The position numbers and the translations under genes are program-made. Shown one piece after another: positions 46,731 through 60,125 of a stretch of 64,000 nt of DNA; the stretch's first letter is position 1, and the number at the start of each line of letters is the position of its first letter. This stretch comes from Camelus ferus (taxonomy: Eukaryota): positions 8,310,001-8,374,000 of the forward strand of contig NC_045697.1 in assembly GCF_009834535.1 (NCBI RefSeq). The letters are read 5' to 3'. The notes below the pieces were generated by a model. That model saw nothing but the letters and a program-made list of their open reading frames with translations. It was not told where the DNA came from and did not search any database.

Positions 46731-49700
46731 ACAACAATCCCCAGAGGGAGGTATTATTCTTCCCACTTTTTGAAAATTTATGCTTAAAATATCTGTTTGT
46801 CTTTCCCAAGGAACCACAGTGAGTGGACTGACAGAGTTGGCAAATAGCCTTATTCAAAGTCCATGCGGCTGGGCACAGTGGGCTCCATTTTCCACTTCCC
46901 TTCTAATCTTTATGAAGATTTGTTGTAATAAATCTTGTTGTAATGTTGCACTGGACAGCAAAAGTTGCTCAGAAACCAAGTGTGTTTAGTAGAATACTCA
47001 CTCACACCCATAAAGACTACTGACCTCCTACAGTGAGAAACATCACATTTCAATAATAAGAACAAACATTTAAACAGTGCTCTGTAGCACTTACTGGGGT
47101 TGGCTTAGCTTTCCATAGAACACCTGTGCGGAGATGTTGGCATCCCAGAGGAGGAACACAAAGAAAGAGGCTGTGGGATTTGCCAAAGTGAGACAATGAG
47201 CATGCAGAGAAGCCAGCATTGGAACCAAGGGTTCCTAATCCACCGTATCATCTTCCTACCATGAAGACAAGCATTACTTGCTTCTTCTGCATCTGGTATA
47301 TTTACTTCTTACCTGGTAGGCAAGAAGAGTACTGAGCAGCCAGGGCAACCTATTAGGAAAAGCATGGTCTTTGGTGTTGGACAGATGTGAGTTCAATTCT
47401 CAGTTATATTCAGCAAGGCCTTCAATCTCTTTGACTGTAACATAGACTGTTGTGAGGATTAATGAGATAAACTATAAAAAGTGTCCTACACAGAATCTTG
47501 CTAAATAAATTGCATTGCACTCTGCAGAACACCAGGCTTAATCCCAGCTTCACCCTTATTCAGGGTTGTATCTTGAGCTCACTCTGACTTTGTTTGCTTA
47601 TCTGTTAACTCCTATCTACCCAGGTAGTTGTGCTGCATGAATGCAGTAACGTTTTCTACATTTTCATTTCTATGCATAGGCAAGCAATTAATTATAAGGT
47701 ATCTGAAGAAATATTAAGAAATACCCAGAATATAGAGGGCATTAAGTACATGTTTGCTTAATAAATGAAAACTACCACACCTCATCCCACCCCAAGATTC
47801 TAAAAAGCCTTTCATGATGAACATTAAAAAAGATAAGTTTTACCTAGACAGTAACTACTTTGGTGATAAAAAGATAAAAAGAGCCCATTTACTTTGGAAA
47901 ATTAGAAGCCATAACCACTACTTCAATTAATAAGAGCATCTTAAGTCTTAGTTTTTAACTAAAATCTGAACATTTCATTAAAAAAAAACCCCTCTGGGCA
48001 GTTTAAGTTAACTGTGAATTTAATTTTAAATCCTCTCATCCCCTAATTCAATATGACTGCAAATGAAACATGTTTCACCATGTTCCTATGCAAATATTTT
48101 CTAGAAACACCTATGTGAATTTGTCCCAGAGGAATTCTAACAAACGTGTCAAAATCATGTCTAATGTGGGTTTGATATTTGATAACTGGAGATGCTAGGA
48201 AGACACATCTCATAGTTTTCCTTTGGAAACTAACCTCAAATGATCACTGAGTGTTCAAAGTCAATACCTATTAATGCTTGTACATATGGTATTAATTCCA
48301 CATTAATTCTGTCAAAAGTGATATCATAGTTAGAAGTTCCAAATGATGACATCACTAAAACAACTTGGTTTTCATGAGTGTGGGACCCGTCAGTGCCAAA
48401 ATCCAGTCCAATCTATTCATCCGTCTATTCTGACAAGTTCAGTTTAATTAGTTCATGGCCTCATAATGAACAAGGGACTGGCTTTCTGTGCGATTGCCAG
48501 AGCCATTTCTATTCTCTTCAACTTAAGTGCCAAATGCTTACACTGCTTTGCCCAATTTATACCTTTGCCTATAATTACTGGTCCCCAAGGTGTGATTGTC
48601 CTTTTTCATAAGAGTTTGTGCAGCTGCCAACATGAAGTTGTAAATAAATTGTAATACCGTTGCTATGAGGTGTAAAAATCCCACAGCTCATATCCAGAGC
48701 CTTGTATAATAAACTCAAGTAAACATTCCATTTCCTGCAAGTGATTGTGGTCTGTGACTAGATTTAGAAAACAGGGCAGTAAGTCATCTTTCTTTAATGA
48801 GTCGTTGAAAACAAAGTCGTATCCCATGAAACCAAAACCTGTCCTTGACAAAAACAAATAGCTTATTTGTAAAAGACCCTCCAAAGGGGGACAGATTTTT
48901 CTGTAGCTCATGCTCTGAGTTCCATTTTTGCAGTCACACAGTGCTGAAACAATAGCACCCACTCTCCCAACAGCACCCGCCACCAAAGAAGTACAACAGG
49001 TTGGTTTTCTAGCAATAGAGACACGGTGCTCTAGGAGGAAAGAATGAGAAAATCAGATATAGAGGGACCCAGTTCTATGGCTTATTCTTCTACTTACTAG
49101 CAGTGTGACCTTGGTCTTTTAAAACCTCTATGCCTCGGTCTGTTCAGCTGTAACTTGAGGAGGATGATGCCTACCAAATGGGGTTGGTGTGATCATGAAA
49201 TGAGACAGACACAAAGTACCTAGCAACAGTTCTGTCACACAGTCAGTGGCACACAAATGGACGTTTCTTCCTCCTCTTTTGGGTAGACAAAATAACCCGC
49301 ATTTCTCTGTGTCCACTGGACCAACTCTAAGCCTGCTGTGTGGAACGTGCTGCAGCTGAGGAACAAGCTGTATTTTTTCTAGCAACGTTATTCCTGAAAT
49401 CCCTAATAACACCTTCTTTGAAAATTGCCTCATTCATAACAGGTAATCAATACTGCCTAAATGACACCCTAACTACAAACTCTAGTAATTTCTAAAATTA
49501 AGTAAGACTACTGCAATTCTTCTCATTTTATTTATCAGAAAAAGTTATTTTTTGTGCTTAATTATAATAGAATGTAAGAAAATTAAACACTTCCTATCAG
49601 AATTTTATCCTATGGAAATCAGAGAGACCATGAGTTAAACCTAAAAATCAAAAAAAAAATAGTTTACATTTGAACCACTTAAGTCAAGACGTAATTGCTA

Positions 49701-49783
49701 ATTAAGGTTACTGTGTGCCCAACAATAGTCCAGATCTTATAGCAGAAAATTAGATTAATCAAGATTAACAACTCAATCCTGTA

Positions 49784-50146
49784 TGTGGCAAAGACCACTA
49801 ATGCTACCAAATATACATGATATCTCCAACCAGGTATATATTCCAGCCTCCTTTGTAGTTAATTTTACTTTGAGATCATTTGACTAGTTCTGGTCAATGG
49901 ACCATAACCAGAAGTGATGTGTATTCCTTTCCATTAAAGGAAGCTGAGGCTAAGGGTGTCTCCTCCATCTCTCTCCTCTCCAGCTACAGAGACCCTGGAA
50001 AACAGGCACCAGATGACACAAGACAAGATGGAGTAGAACCAGTTCACAGAATTTTGCACCAGTAAGAGGTTAAATGTTAGAGCATTAATATCAAGTATGT
50101 GGGGGCTTTTGCCTTTTGTGTTAATTATCTGTACCTGTCTATTATA
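49784..50146 (+). mobile_element. MaLR solo LTR, MLT1I/J-like
   Basis: 'tgtggcaaagac...ttccagcctcctttgtagtta...tgactagttctggtcaatgga...cagaagtgatgtgt'. Confidence 0.7.
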
Positions 50147-50440
50147 TCATAGTTCCGAGTTCACCTGGCTTTGTGTTCTAGAGAGGTTATCCATGGTTTG
50201 CCAGCCTTTAGCAGTCCCTGAATATAACTGGGGTCACATTCAGTCTTCCCTTAAAAAGTACACCTTCCCATTAAGTTGTGTTTGCATTTCAAGGACTGTT
50301 TCCTATTTATAGGTACCATGGGAAATTCACCACACAAGGCATCATTGTGGTGACCACAGCTTCCTTGAGTGGGCACCACTTTCACTCCTGTTTGGTCCCA
50401 CCATGTCTGCTGGGCACGTTCTCCTGAGGCGCCAGGTGTC

Positions 50441-50880
50441 CACATTGGTTTCCTGTAGCTGCTGTAAGAAATTACCATGAACATGGTGGCTTAAAAGAGC
50501 AGAAATGTATTCTCTCACAGTTTTGGAGGGTAGAAGTTAGAACGAAGGTGGCAGCAGGCTCTGGTGTCTCTAGAGTTGAATCCTTCTCTGCTTCTTCCAG
50601 CTTCCGGTAGTCCTGACTTCCTTGGCTTCTTTGCCTTGGTCTCTGCTTCACCTTCACATCACCTCCTCCTCTGTATGTGTCTTCTCCTTTGTGCATCTGT
50701 TAAGGACACCCGCCCTTGGATTGAGGACCTATCCAGATAAGCCAGGATGCTCTCTTCCTCTCAAGATCTTTAATTTAGCTACATCTGCAAAAACCCTGTT
50801 TCTAAATAAGGTAACAGTCACAGGTTCCAGGAATTGGGACTCAGATGTATCTTTTTGGAAACCATTTTTAGACCTACTAA
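50441..50880 (-). mobile_element. MaLR solo LTR, MLT1C-like
   Basis: 'ggtggcttaaaagagcagaaatgtattctctcacagttttggagg' and 'tacatctgcaaaaaccctgtttctaaataaggtaacagtcacaggttccagg'. Confidence 0.9.
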
Positions 50881-53067
50881 AATATCTTCTGTGCCAATGT
50901 GAGCAACACAGAACATTCCTCCCATCTATGTTGCCTTCTAACAGTGGGTTCTATAGCAGATTTGCTTTGTTCCTCCATGTCTTAAGAGTTTTCATTACAG
51001 AAAGGTAAAATGTTCTTTTAACTTTTTACTAGCGGTTCCCATTTCCTAAGACTCAGACAGAGGCCATGGGCAAACTGACTGACAGAACTTTCTTAGACAC
51101 TGATAATCAAGCCAAAGTTTTCTTTGGGAAGAACATTTCCTGCCTTAAAAGATACCTACATCCCTCCTGGCCAGTCCACTCAGCAGTTCACTAGTCTCAC
51201 ATCAGGATTTGGTCTCTAGAAATACTCAACACAAAGACTCACACTAGGACCCCAGGTGTAGTTATTTTGTATCTCTCAGTCCCAGGACACTCTGAGATCC
51301 TTGTAACCATAACTGATCACCTCTTCTTAGTTCTCAGTGTAGGTGCTTTATTGACTTTAACTGAAGTGCACTGACTGACAAGCTAATAAAAAAATCACAT
51401 ATTAATTCACCGATATCCCCATCTTGAATAATTAGTAGTAGTTTTTGACTGCAATTAAATATATCAGAATAGAAATGGAGCTTAAATCAAGCCGTGAGCC
51501 TCTCATTTGTATAGATGGGAAAACTGAGATCGCAAAATTTAAGTGACTCATTCAAGATCACCCAGCTATCCAAAGGTGAGTCACACAACCAGTTTATACG
51601 TCAGAGATGTCCAAGAACGTTAGTGGCAGGTTAGAAAACCTGGGTTTGACTCCAAACCCTGACACTAACTAACGGTTGGAAACTGTTCTAAGGAATTCAC
51701 GTGGCCTTTCTCAGCCTCAGTTTCTTCCTCTGCAACATGGAAATAGGTACCATCCTTCTGATCATCTGTGCAGCTCAAGCAACACAGCATAAGTAAAAAA
51801 TGTGAAGTAAAAAATGTCCTGTGAACTATCCCCAACTAGAATGAGCTCCTCGATAGTAGAGAGCATGCAGTGACCTTGACTGCCACTCCAGCACATGGCT
51901 CAGTGACTAAAACTTCCACAGGGCCTGGAGAAAGCTGAGCCCATGATCAAGTGAATTAACAAGTTCATGAAAACATGTGTTGCAAAAGTGGAAGGTGGTG
52001 TCACTCTCAAACAAAACGCGACTGGCCACAAACAGAGATCAAGAGCATTGGCTCTGGAACCTGACTGCCTGGGTTCAAATCCAAACCACAGCACCTACCA
52101 GCTGTGCCATCTAGGGAAAGTCACGTAATCTCTCTGTGCTTCGGTTTCTCATTTGTAAGAGGAGAAGCATCCTGGCCCTCACCGCATGGAGTTCAGGTGA
52201 GAATCAAATGATACAAAACTGGGCACACCTACCAGTAAGTATTTTCATTATAAGTTCATGTTTCTGTCGTTTCCTGGAATGTATTCTAGTCTAGCTTCCC
52301 TTTGTTTGTGTTTTCAACTCGATTTTGGCACTCTGCCATTATCATGAGTTTCCATATGTTTTATCTCATTTTGACTTACTGAAAGAAAGTGAACATCGCA
52401 GAAATCTTTGTATTAACTTACGAATATTCACTGTAACAAAAGGCACACAGATAGCCAAGGATAATACATCAAGATTACATCATCTTGCATCAAAGCGGCC
52501 CTCGGATACTGTAGGCGAGAGCAGCTTTGGAAGGAGACATCAGAGTATTAGGCACATTACAGATGAGATTTTCATAAGCTCCCCCAGGAGTGACAGGATT
52601 TAACCTGTGGTTCTCACTTTGTCTCCTGGTGTTCCGTTAGACATGCCATTGTCTACCTAATCTGTTCTGAGCATCAGTAATACTATAATTTTACTGGCAA
52701 CAAATGACTGCATGCTTATAACCCAAAGCTACCGCGGTGGGTGAGTGATCCACCCTCCCTGTCTGTTCTTGCTTGGCACTTTTCCTGGGAAGGCCCTGAA
52801 CCCACCTCTGCATCCGTCTAACTTAGGTTTTTCCTTCAAAACTCAATGCGAGAGTCCCTCGTAACTTCAAAACACTTAACTACTTGCTACTGCTCTACAC
52901 GTCTCGCTGTGAGATCCGGCAAGGAAGGATGCCGTGCTGCTGTGCGCTAGGCGCTCTCGGAAGAGTCTTTCTGAACGAAACAGAAATCCATGGAAAAGAC
53001 TTTTTAGTTACCCTTGATGGGTTGCACTAACAAGCAGAAGTCCCAAATATTTTTAAGAAACACATAT

Positions 53068-53339
53068 ATATATATATTTAACAGTTTTTATTGAGTTATA
53101 ATCATTTTACAATGTTGTGTCAAATTCCAGTGTAGAGCACAATTTTTCAGTTATATATAAACACACACATATTCATTGTCACATTTTTTTCTCTGTGAGC
53201 TACCATAAGATCTTGTATATATTTCCCTGTGCTATACAGTATAATCTTGTTTATCTGTTCTACATTTTGAAATACCAATCTGTCCCTTCCCACCTCCTGC
53301 CCCCTTGGCAACCACAAATTTGTATTCTATGCCTATGAG
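53068..53339 (-). mobile_element. Young LINE-1 3' UTR fragment
   Basis: 'gtgtagagcacaatttttcagttat' and 'gtgagctaccataagatcttgtata'; TSD ttaagaaacacatat (53053-53067) / ttaagaaacatatat (53341-53355). Confidence 0.95.
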
Positions 53340-54086
53340 TTTAAGAAACATATATTAAGTAAAGACTTGAAATTTTTAAAACGTCTCATTTCTTTTCCTG
53401 ATAATTGGGGAAAGATCAATATTATTTGACATTATCAATGTAGCTGTGGAATACTGATGTTCTGTGGAAACAATGATTAAAACCAACTGAATTACGCTAT
53501 TCAAAACCACATAGAGCAGGTAAAAGGGTGAAGTGTGATCAGCTTAACAAAAACTAACAAGTATATTCTTATTACTGCAACTCAAACCCACTCCCCACTG
53601 ATACCAAGGCATAAAGGTGAGAAAAAGAATAACTACCATATATGGGGGCCTCCTGTGCTTTAATGTCCATAAATCCTTTCTTTCCAAGCATCACAAAAGT
53701 TCTGCAACTTCGATATTATCATTATTACTTAAATTAAAAAAAAACTAACATTAATAAATTAAATAAATTACCCAAAGGCAGAGAGCTAGCCAGTGGAAAA
53801 GCTATAATTTGAACTCATATGCATTTGATGCAAAGCCCATGTGCTTTCCCTACTACCTCAGGTAGCAATAGGTATAAGAGGAGAAAACCAACATAGAATT
53901 TGAGATTATCAACTATCTGAAAATATCTGTACAGATAATCAAAAGTTAAATATTCGATAAAATGTTTTAATAGAACAATAGAATTTTAGACCTATAACAT
54001 ACAGAACAGATCAGTAAATCCATTATACAGATTTAAACCCCAAGTCTAGAAGGCTTAAGGAGCTAATTCAAAGTCATATTACCCTC

Positions 54087-54820
54087 TGACCCATTAATCC
54101 CACTCCTGGGCATATATCCAGAAGGAACCCTACTTCAAAAAGATACCTGCACCCCAATGTTCATAGCAGCACTATTTACAATAGCCAAGACATGGAAACA
54201 GCTTAAATGTCCATCGACAGATGACTGGATAAAGATGTGCTATATTTATACAACGGAATACTATTCAGCCATAATAATGACAACATAACACCATTTGCAG
54301 CAACATGGGTGTCCCTGGAGAATGTCATTCTAAGTGAAGTAAGCCAGAAAGAGAAAGAAAAATACCATATGAGATCGCTCATATGTGGAATCTAAAAAAA
54401 AAAAAAAAAAAGAAAGAAAGAAAGAAAGAAAGGAAGGAAGGAAGGAAGGAAGGAAGGAAAGAAAAGAAAAGAAAAAGACAAATGAACATAAATACAAAAC
54501 AGAAACAGACTCATAGTCACAGAATACAAACGTGTAGTTGCTGGGGGCAGAGGGTGGGAAGGGACAGACTGGGAATTTGAAATTTGTAGGTACTGACAGG
54601 TATATATAGAATAGATAAACAAGATTGTACTGTATAGCACAGGGGAATATATACAAGATCTTGTGGTAGCTCACAGCGAAAAAGAATGCAACAATGAATA
54701 TATGTATGTTCACATATAACTGAAAAATTGTGCTCTACAATGGAAATTGACACAACAATGTAAACTGACTATAACTCAATAAAATAAAATTAAAAAACAA
54801 ACAAAAACAAACAAAAAAAC
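54087..54820 (+). mobile_element. Young 5'-truncated LINE-1
   Basis: ORF2 C-terminal sequence and 3' UTR; perfect 18-bp TSD caaagtcatattaccctc (54069-54086 / 54821-54838). Confidence 0.95.
54394..54476. repeat. Compound A(n)-(GAAA)n-(GGAA)n-(GAAAA)n microsatellite inside the L1
   Basis: Directly visible purine repeat. Confidence 0.95.
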
Positions 54821-54861
54821 CAAAGTCATATTACCCTCAATCTTTTACGTATGCTTTTCTT

Positions 54862-55117
54862 TTTTTTAATTGAAGTATAGTTAATTTATAATATTGTGTT
54901 AGTTTCAGGTGTACAGCAGAGTGATTCAGTTATATGTACATATATTTTTTTCAGATTATTTCCCATTATGGATTATTACAAGATGTTGAATATAGTTCCC
55001 TGTGCTATACAGTAAGTCCTTGTTGCTTATCTATTTTATGTCTAATAGTTTATATCTATAAATCCCATAATTCTAATTCCATGCCCCACTCCCGCCCTTT
55101 CCCCTTTGGTAACCAGA
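54862..55117 (-). mobile_element. LINE-1 3' UTR fragment (older subfamily)
   Basis: 'attgaagtatagttaatttata...tttcaggtgtacagcagagtgattcagtta'; TSD atgcttttctt (54851-54861 / 55122-55132). Confidence 0.9.
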
Positions 55118-55739
55118 GTACATGCTTTTCTTAATGTATTTATTCAGAAACTAACTCATCAAGAATTTTTGAGCAGGTATTTTTCAGGTCACTGGAAACA
55201 CAGGGATAAATAAGAAACGATCCCAGCCCTCAGGAATTCTGCAATCTGTTAAAGCAGACAGGCACAGAAATACATGATAATAATACCATGTAATATAATA
55301 CCCATAGCAGGGCATTCCTTTGTTATTTCCCTAGGCTGCCTTTATTGCCTTTAGCCCTCTGTTCTCCCATTCCCCACATCCAAGAGCTCCCAGGAATACC
55401 GAAAATACTGGGAATGTAGACTTATCACAAGGTTAGTCTCACACATTTAATTAGCCCAGCATTATTAGAGTAAAATTTTATGTTTTTATCTGTCCCCCTC
55501 CTTCCCCACCCCTTTCCAAAAGTCATATCACTCTCATGAAAGCTACAAGATACTTCCTGCTACAGTTATTTTTTTTTTAACCAAGTTAAGACTCCTGACT
55601 GATAGAAACCAGGACGAAAAATTTCCCTAGGACTTTCGGTCTTAGGACCAGAAACATCAAGAATAGCTCTCTGCTGGGCAAATGATGTAAGATGTAAATC
55701 TCAGGGGCCCATTTTTGGAAGACAGCCAACCTACATCTA

Positions 55740-56400
55740 GAGTCCCCCGTATCTAACTGCCCAATTACTATCATCTCTTAGATACCTCAAAACTACTACA
55801 ACTCAGTATGTCCAAAGCCAGACTCAAACTCTTTGCCCCAAACCTGGTCTTTTCTCAGAGTTCATTACTGCAGTGAGTAACACACTGACTGACTTAACTA
55901 TGCAAGCCAGAAACTTAGGATTTATCTGAGGTCTCTTCCTTTCCATCACCCTTCAAATCCCACTATTACTTGCCCCTATTATAGTCACTCCTAAATAGTT
56001 CTTTACTCTGTCCACTTTTCTTCTTATTTACCCCCCTCAAGCGTAGGCTACAAAAAGTTCCCAACTGATCTATCTACCTGCATTCACTGTTGTTCACCTA
56101 TAGTCCGCTCCTATAGCTAAAATCCTCCAACCTTTTCCCATAATTCTTTGAATAAAGCAAAAGTCCTACAGTGCTGTGGGCTTCATCTCATATCACCCTC
56201 TTTTTCATGCTCAAGAGCACCTGCCTTAGTCACAACAGGACCTTTGCAAAAGATGTTAACTCCAGCTTCCCAGATCAGTCATCTCTTAAGTCAGAGGAAA
56301 TACCTCTCACCTCCATGACCAGGCCAAATCCCTCATCATCAGTTCTTATAGCAGCTTGTACCTTTCAGAATCCCAGAGCAAAGTGAATTCTGCTTAGGGA
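55740..56400 (+). mobile_element. L2 fragment
   Basis: 'actcagtatgtccaaagccagactc', 'caagccagaaacttagga' and 'caggacctttgca'. Confidence 0.75.
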
Positions 56401-57899
56401 ATGCACTACAGGTTTTTGTTCATTTGTCTGTTTGTTTGTTGTTTGTTGTTTGCTTTACCCAGGTAATAAATGCTGCTTCTGACTTCTTTAAATTTACATA
56501 GTGATCCAACATATTAATACCCTCTGAACTTCAAAAAAAAAAAAAACATTTATAGTAGTATTATTGGTCACCAAAATGAAGGGGAAAGGAAACATTTAGG
56601 AGAATGGGCACATGTTCTTATTAAGGCAGCACTGACCCACACCTACATTTAGTATCTGTCACCTCAAATGCCTCATGACTCTGGAATGCCCATGGTGACA
56701 AACACGTGTCAGCACAGAGTATTTCCTAAATGCTTACATGGTCTTCCCTTTCTGATTCATCTGGTGAACTGGGAGCAGGAAGTTGGTCATAGACAATGTG
56801 CCCTCTCTCTCTCCCTCCCTTGTCAGACCAAAACTTGAAGGAAATGTTCCATTTACTTGTGTGATTATCTAAATAGTTAATCTCCTCCCCACCAAATCCA
56901 TGCTGTAAGGACCAGGTGGATCCGGATTGGCTTTACTTTCTCTCTCCATGGTGTTCCTGAACCTTATCATGGTGACTCACACAACGCATTCCAAAATTTC
57001 CATTGTGCAAATAAATGCGTATGTATCACATTGTGAGCCTTATTTTCTATAATTGGTTCTAATGACAGTAGAAAATTGCAAGTATTTCAAAAAAGTTTGA
57101 AACAAAAACAAATACAATATAGGCAATTTCACTATACTTCCCTTAAAAAACATCAGGCATTTTTAAATCATGAGTGAGCTAAGGCCTAAATCCAAATAAC
57201 CATCCTTGAGATTCAAAGACAAAAATAAGCAAATGACTCTTTATAACAAGTTGTTTGGCAAGGGAAAAAAATGTGTATCTTTACTATCAGTTTAAAGTGT
57301 CTATGAACTGACTTTATCACTACATCTGACTCACAGCCATCATTAAGTACATCCTCATTGAATAAATACGCGGATGAATGAGTGAGTACATGCATACAGA
57401 TCTAATTGGAAGGCAGTCCCACGTCTGTTGGAGGAAGTGCACTAGGAGGAAGGGCAGGGACTTGGCCTTCAGGGTGCTTGGCCTGGTGGGGAGAGTACTG
57501 GACTGAAAGTCTAGATGATTTCAGCTTCGTCCCGGCTTTGCTACTAACTGTGGTATGTGTGATCTTAGAATAGCGACCAACTTCTCCAGGCTCAAGTTTC
57601 TCTCCTCAGAATAAGGAGTCAGATCTCTAAAATCCTGACTAGCTTTTGTTTTTCAGCACTTACAGGTCTCTTTGATACCAGTTACATTCTGATTATTTCA
57701 TTATATACAATATATTATATATTTTATATAATTTTATCTATATAATTTTAAATTTCAAGTTACCCAAAAGATATTCTAAACTATTTTTGAAGTAGCAGCT
57801 CTTATAATATCACCAAAAAAAAAAAAAATGAAGAAAATAGCCAAAATCATGTCTCCACCAGAAAATGTTCATAATTACTACACTCCTCACCCCAATATT

Positions 57900-58400
57900 G
57901 AAAATGAAAGTGGCTGGGCCAAAGTGTGCCCGGGACTTGGGCCCTCTGCCAGGGCTCCCCTTCAATGTCGCGGGGAAGCCGGCTGGGAAACCACGGCAAA
58001 GACAGCTGGTGACACTCCCAAGAACAACAAGCACCACGACCTGATAGCCGTAAATGGCTCCTTCCAATTGGCTGCCAGAGTTTCCTCTTCTAAACAGCTC
58101 AAAACCTAATATGGTACACAGTTTGCAGATTTTTGGAGCACTTCTTGGATCCTAAGAGGATGTTGCCGCGGATAGCTGAAATACAGTGCCAGTGAAAAGA
58201 TCCAGTCTCCTTTCCGCTAGAAAAGGGCACACCTAATGCTATTTTGAATGGCCTTGTTTTTTAGGAAATGGTCCTGTCATTCAGGTTGAAGGACGTGGTT
58301 GCGTGACTAATTATGTTTTCCTTTGCAAACTACTTCACCATCCATTATGCAAAAGCTTTAATGAGCTATTTCTGGAGAGGGCATACCACGTACGGTCTTT
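57900..58400. promoter_or_regulatory. Candidate enhancer (CpG-enriched unique sequence with a CArG box)
   Basis: 14 CpGs counted; CCTAATATGG at 58105-58114; CCAATTGG at 58064-58071; E-box CAGCTG near 58003. Confidence 0.3.
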
Positions 58401-58799
58401 TCTAGGAAAACATTCAGTGAATAAATTTAGAGCAAGAATGCCAGCTCCAATGCTGTCTTCTCCAGTCTCATTGGTAGAATGAACCTGTTTTTGGTTTTTT
58501 TTTTTAAGTTATCAGGATTCATTGATTGTTCTTCTGTTCATACATTTAGGCAAAAAAAAAAAAAAAAAAAAAGTTGAGGCGAGACCACAGGTCACTTGGA
58601 TGTGGTGTGACAAGTCTTTATTCTTTAAATTAAGAGGAAATATGAATATTACCCCACCACAGACAAAACAGAAACAGGATTATTGATTCATAATTTCTAA
58701 AGCTGATTTCAGGTGCTAGTGATAGTTACATAAATTGGCAGGCTGCTCTGTAACTTTAAATTCTAGAATAGCTACCCATAGCCTTAGGTATCATTTTGG

Positions 58800-59340
58800 G
58801 TTTTTAACAGCTTCTTAAGGTATATTTAAATATCACAAAATCCACTTTTTTTGATGTGTATAATTCAATAATTTTTACTTAACTGACCAAGTGGTACAAC
58901 CATCACCATAAGTCAGTTTTAGAAGATGTTCATCCCCCAGTAAGATACCCTGTGCTAATTATAGTAATCTCCATTCTTACTCCTTATCCCAGACAACCAC
59001 TGATCTACTTTATGTCTCTGTAAATTTTCCTTTTCTGGACGCTTCATATAAATGGAATCATAACATGTGGCCCCTTGTGTCTGGCTCCTTTCACTTAGCA
59101 TATTGTTTCTGAGGTTCCACCACAACACAGCCTGCATCAGTAGCTTTTTCCTCATTATTCCATTGCACAGATACACCATATTTTGTCCATCCATTTTCCA
59201 CTTGATGGGCATTACGTTGCTTCAACTTCGGGAGCTATCTTGAATAAAGATGCTATGAATATTTGCATCCAAGTCTGTGCATGGGCACTTCTTTGGGGGA
59301 GATACCAAGAAGTAAAATTTCTGGTCTATTTAATGGTTTT
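58800..59340 (-). mobile_element. Old eutherian LINE-1 3' end (L1MB-like)
   Basis: 'caaccactgatctactttatgtctctgtaaattttccttttctggac...tcatataaatggaatcata'. Confidence 0.85.
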
Positions 59341-60125
59341 ATTCAATCCTCTGACACAAATTAATTCATTGGCTATACATCTGTATAAGTAAGCCATGCC
59401 CTATGGAAGGCTATTAAGTGAATAAAATTTACTCTCTTGTGGGGGAAGTAAGCCATGCACACAGAAACATATAGAGTGATGTCCTAGATAGGTATATTTC
59501 AGAGGAGGGAGAGATTGGGTTCAGTAGCAAAACAGGCAGATTTTCTGGATGAAGTGGCCCTTGCGCAGAGACCTTGCAGAGTAAACAGGACTTCAATCGC
59601 TGGACTTTTCCAGTGCAGGTCACTTTATGCTAACTCCCCAGCGGTGTGCTTATTTATATACTGTGTGAGGAAGGGCAGTCAAACAGATTTGAGGGTCAGC
59701 ATTTATGTGCTCCAGGACCGACGACTCAGTCTCTCTCTAAGAGTACGTCTAAATTATCAGTCTTAGTTTTCTCATTTGAAATAAGAATCTGTCCTTCCTC
59801 TTGAATCTTTGCTTCCCTTACCTCCAACCTACCACAGGGTTTGAGAAGTCCCTGAGCCATTGGTTATAAAGGAGCTTCAAGAAAGTATAAGACTGTTTTC
59901 AAATCTAAACACAATGTTTTGTAGAAATATGTTTATATGACAACTGTCTTACAGGAAGACGCCTTCCATATGTTAGCTGATACCAGTGAGCTAAGCTATA
60001 TTTTAGGACAACAGAGAGCCCTGCATGATTTTCAGCAGGTTTATCTCTCTGATCTCCCTGGTGTCAGCGTCCTCTTTGGTAAATTTAATCTAACCACACT
60101 AGCCTTCCTGTTTCTTTAATAGGTT

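Noticed and set aside
51791..51817. Short tandem duplication aagtaaaaaatgt x2 (similar small ones near 18231 and 61004)
   Set aside because: Ordinary slippage duplications
59387..59458. 13-bp direct repeat aagtaagccatgc flanking 46 bp, as a TSD or CRISPR-like unit
   Set aside because: Only two copies, no A-tail, inside probable L2 debris; CRISPR is not applicable to mammalian DNA
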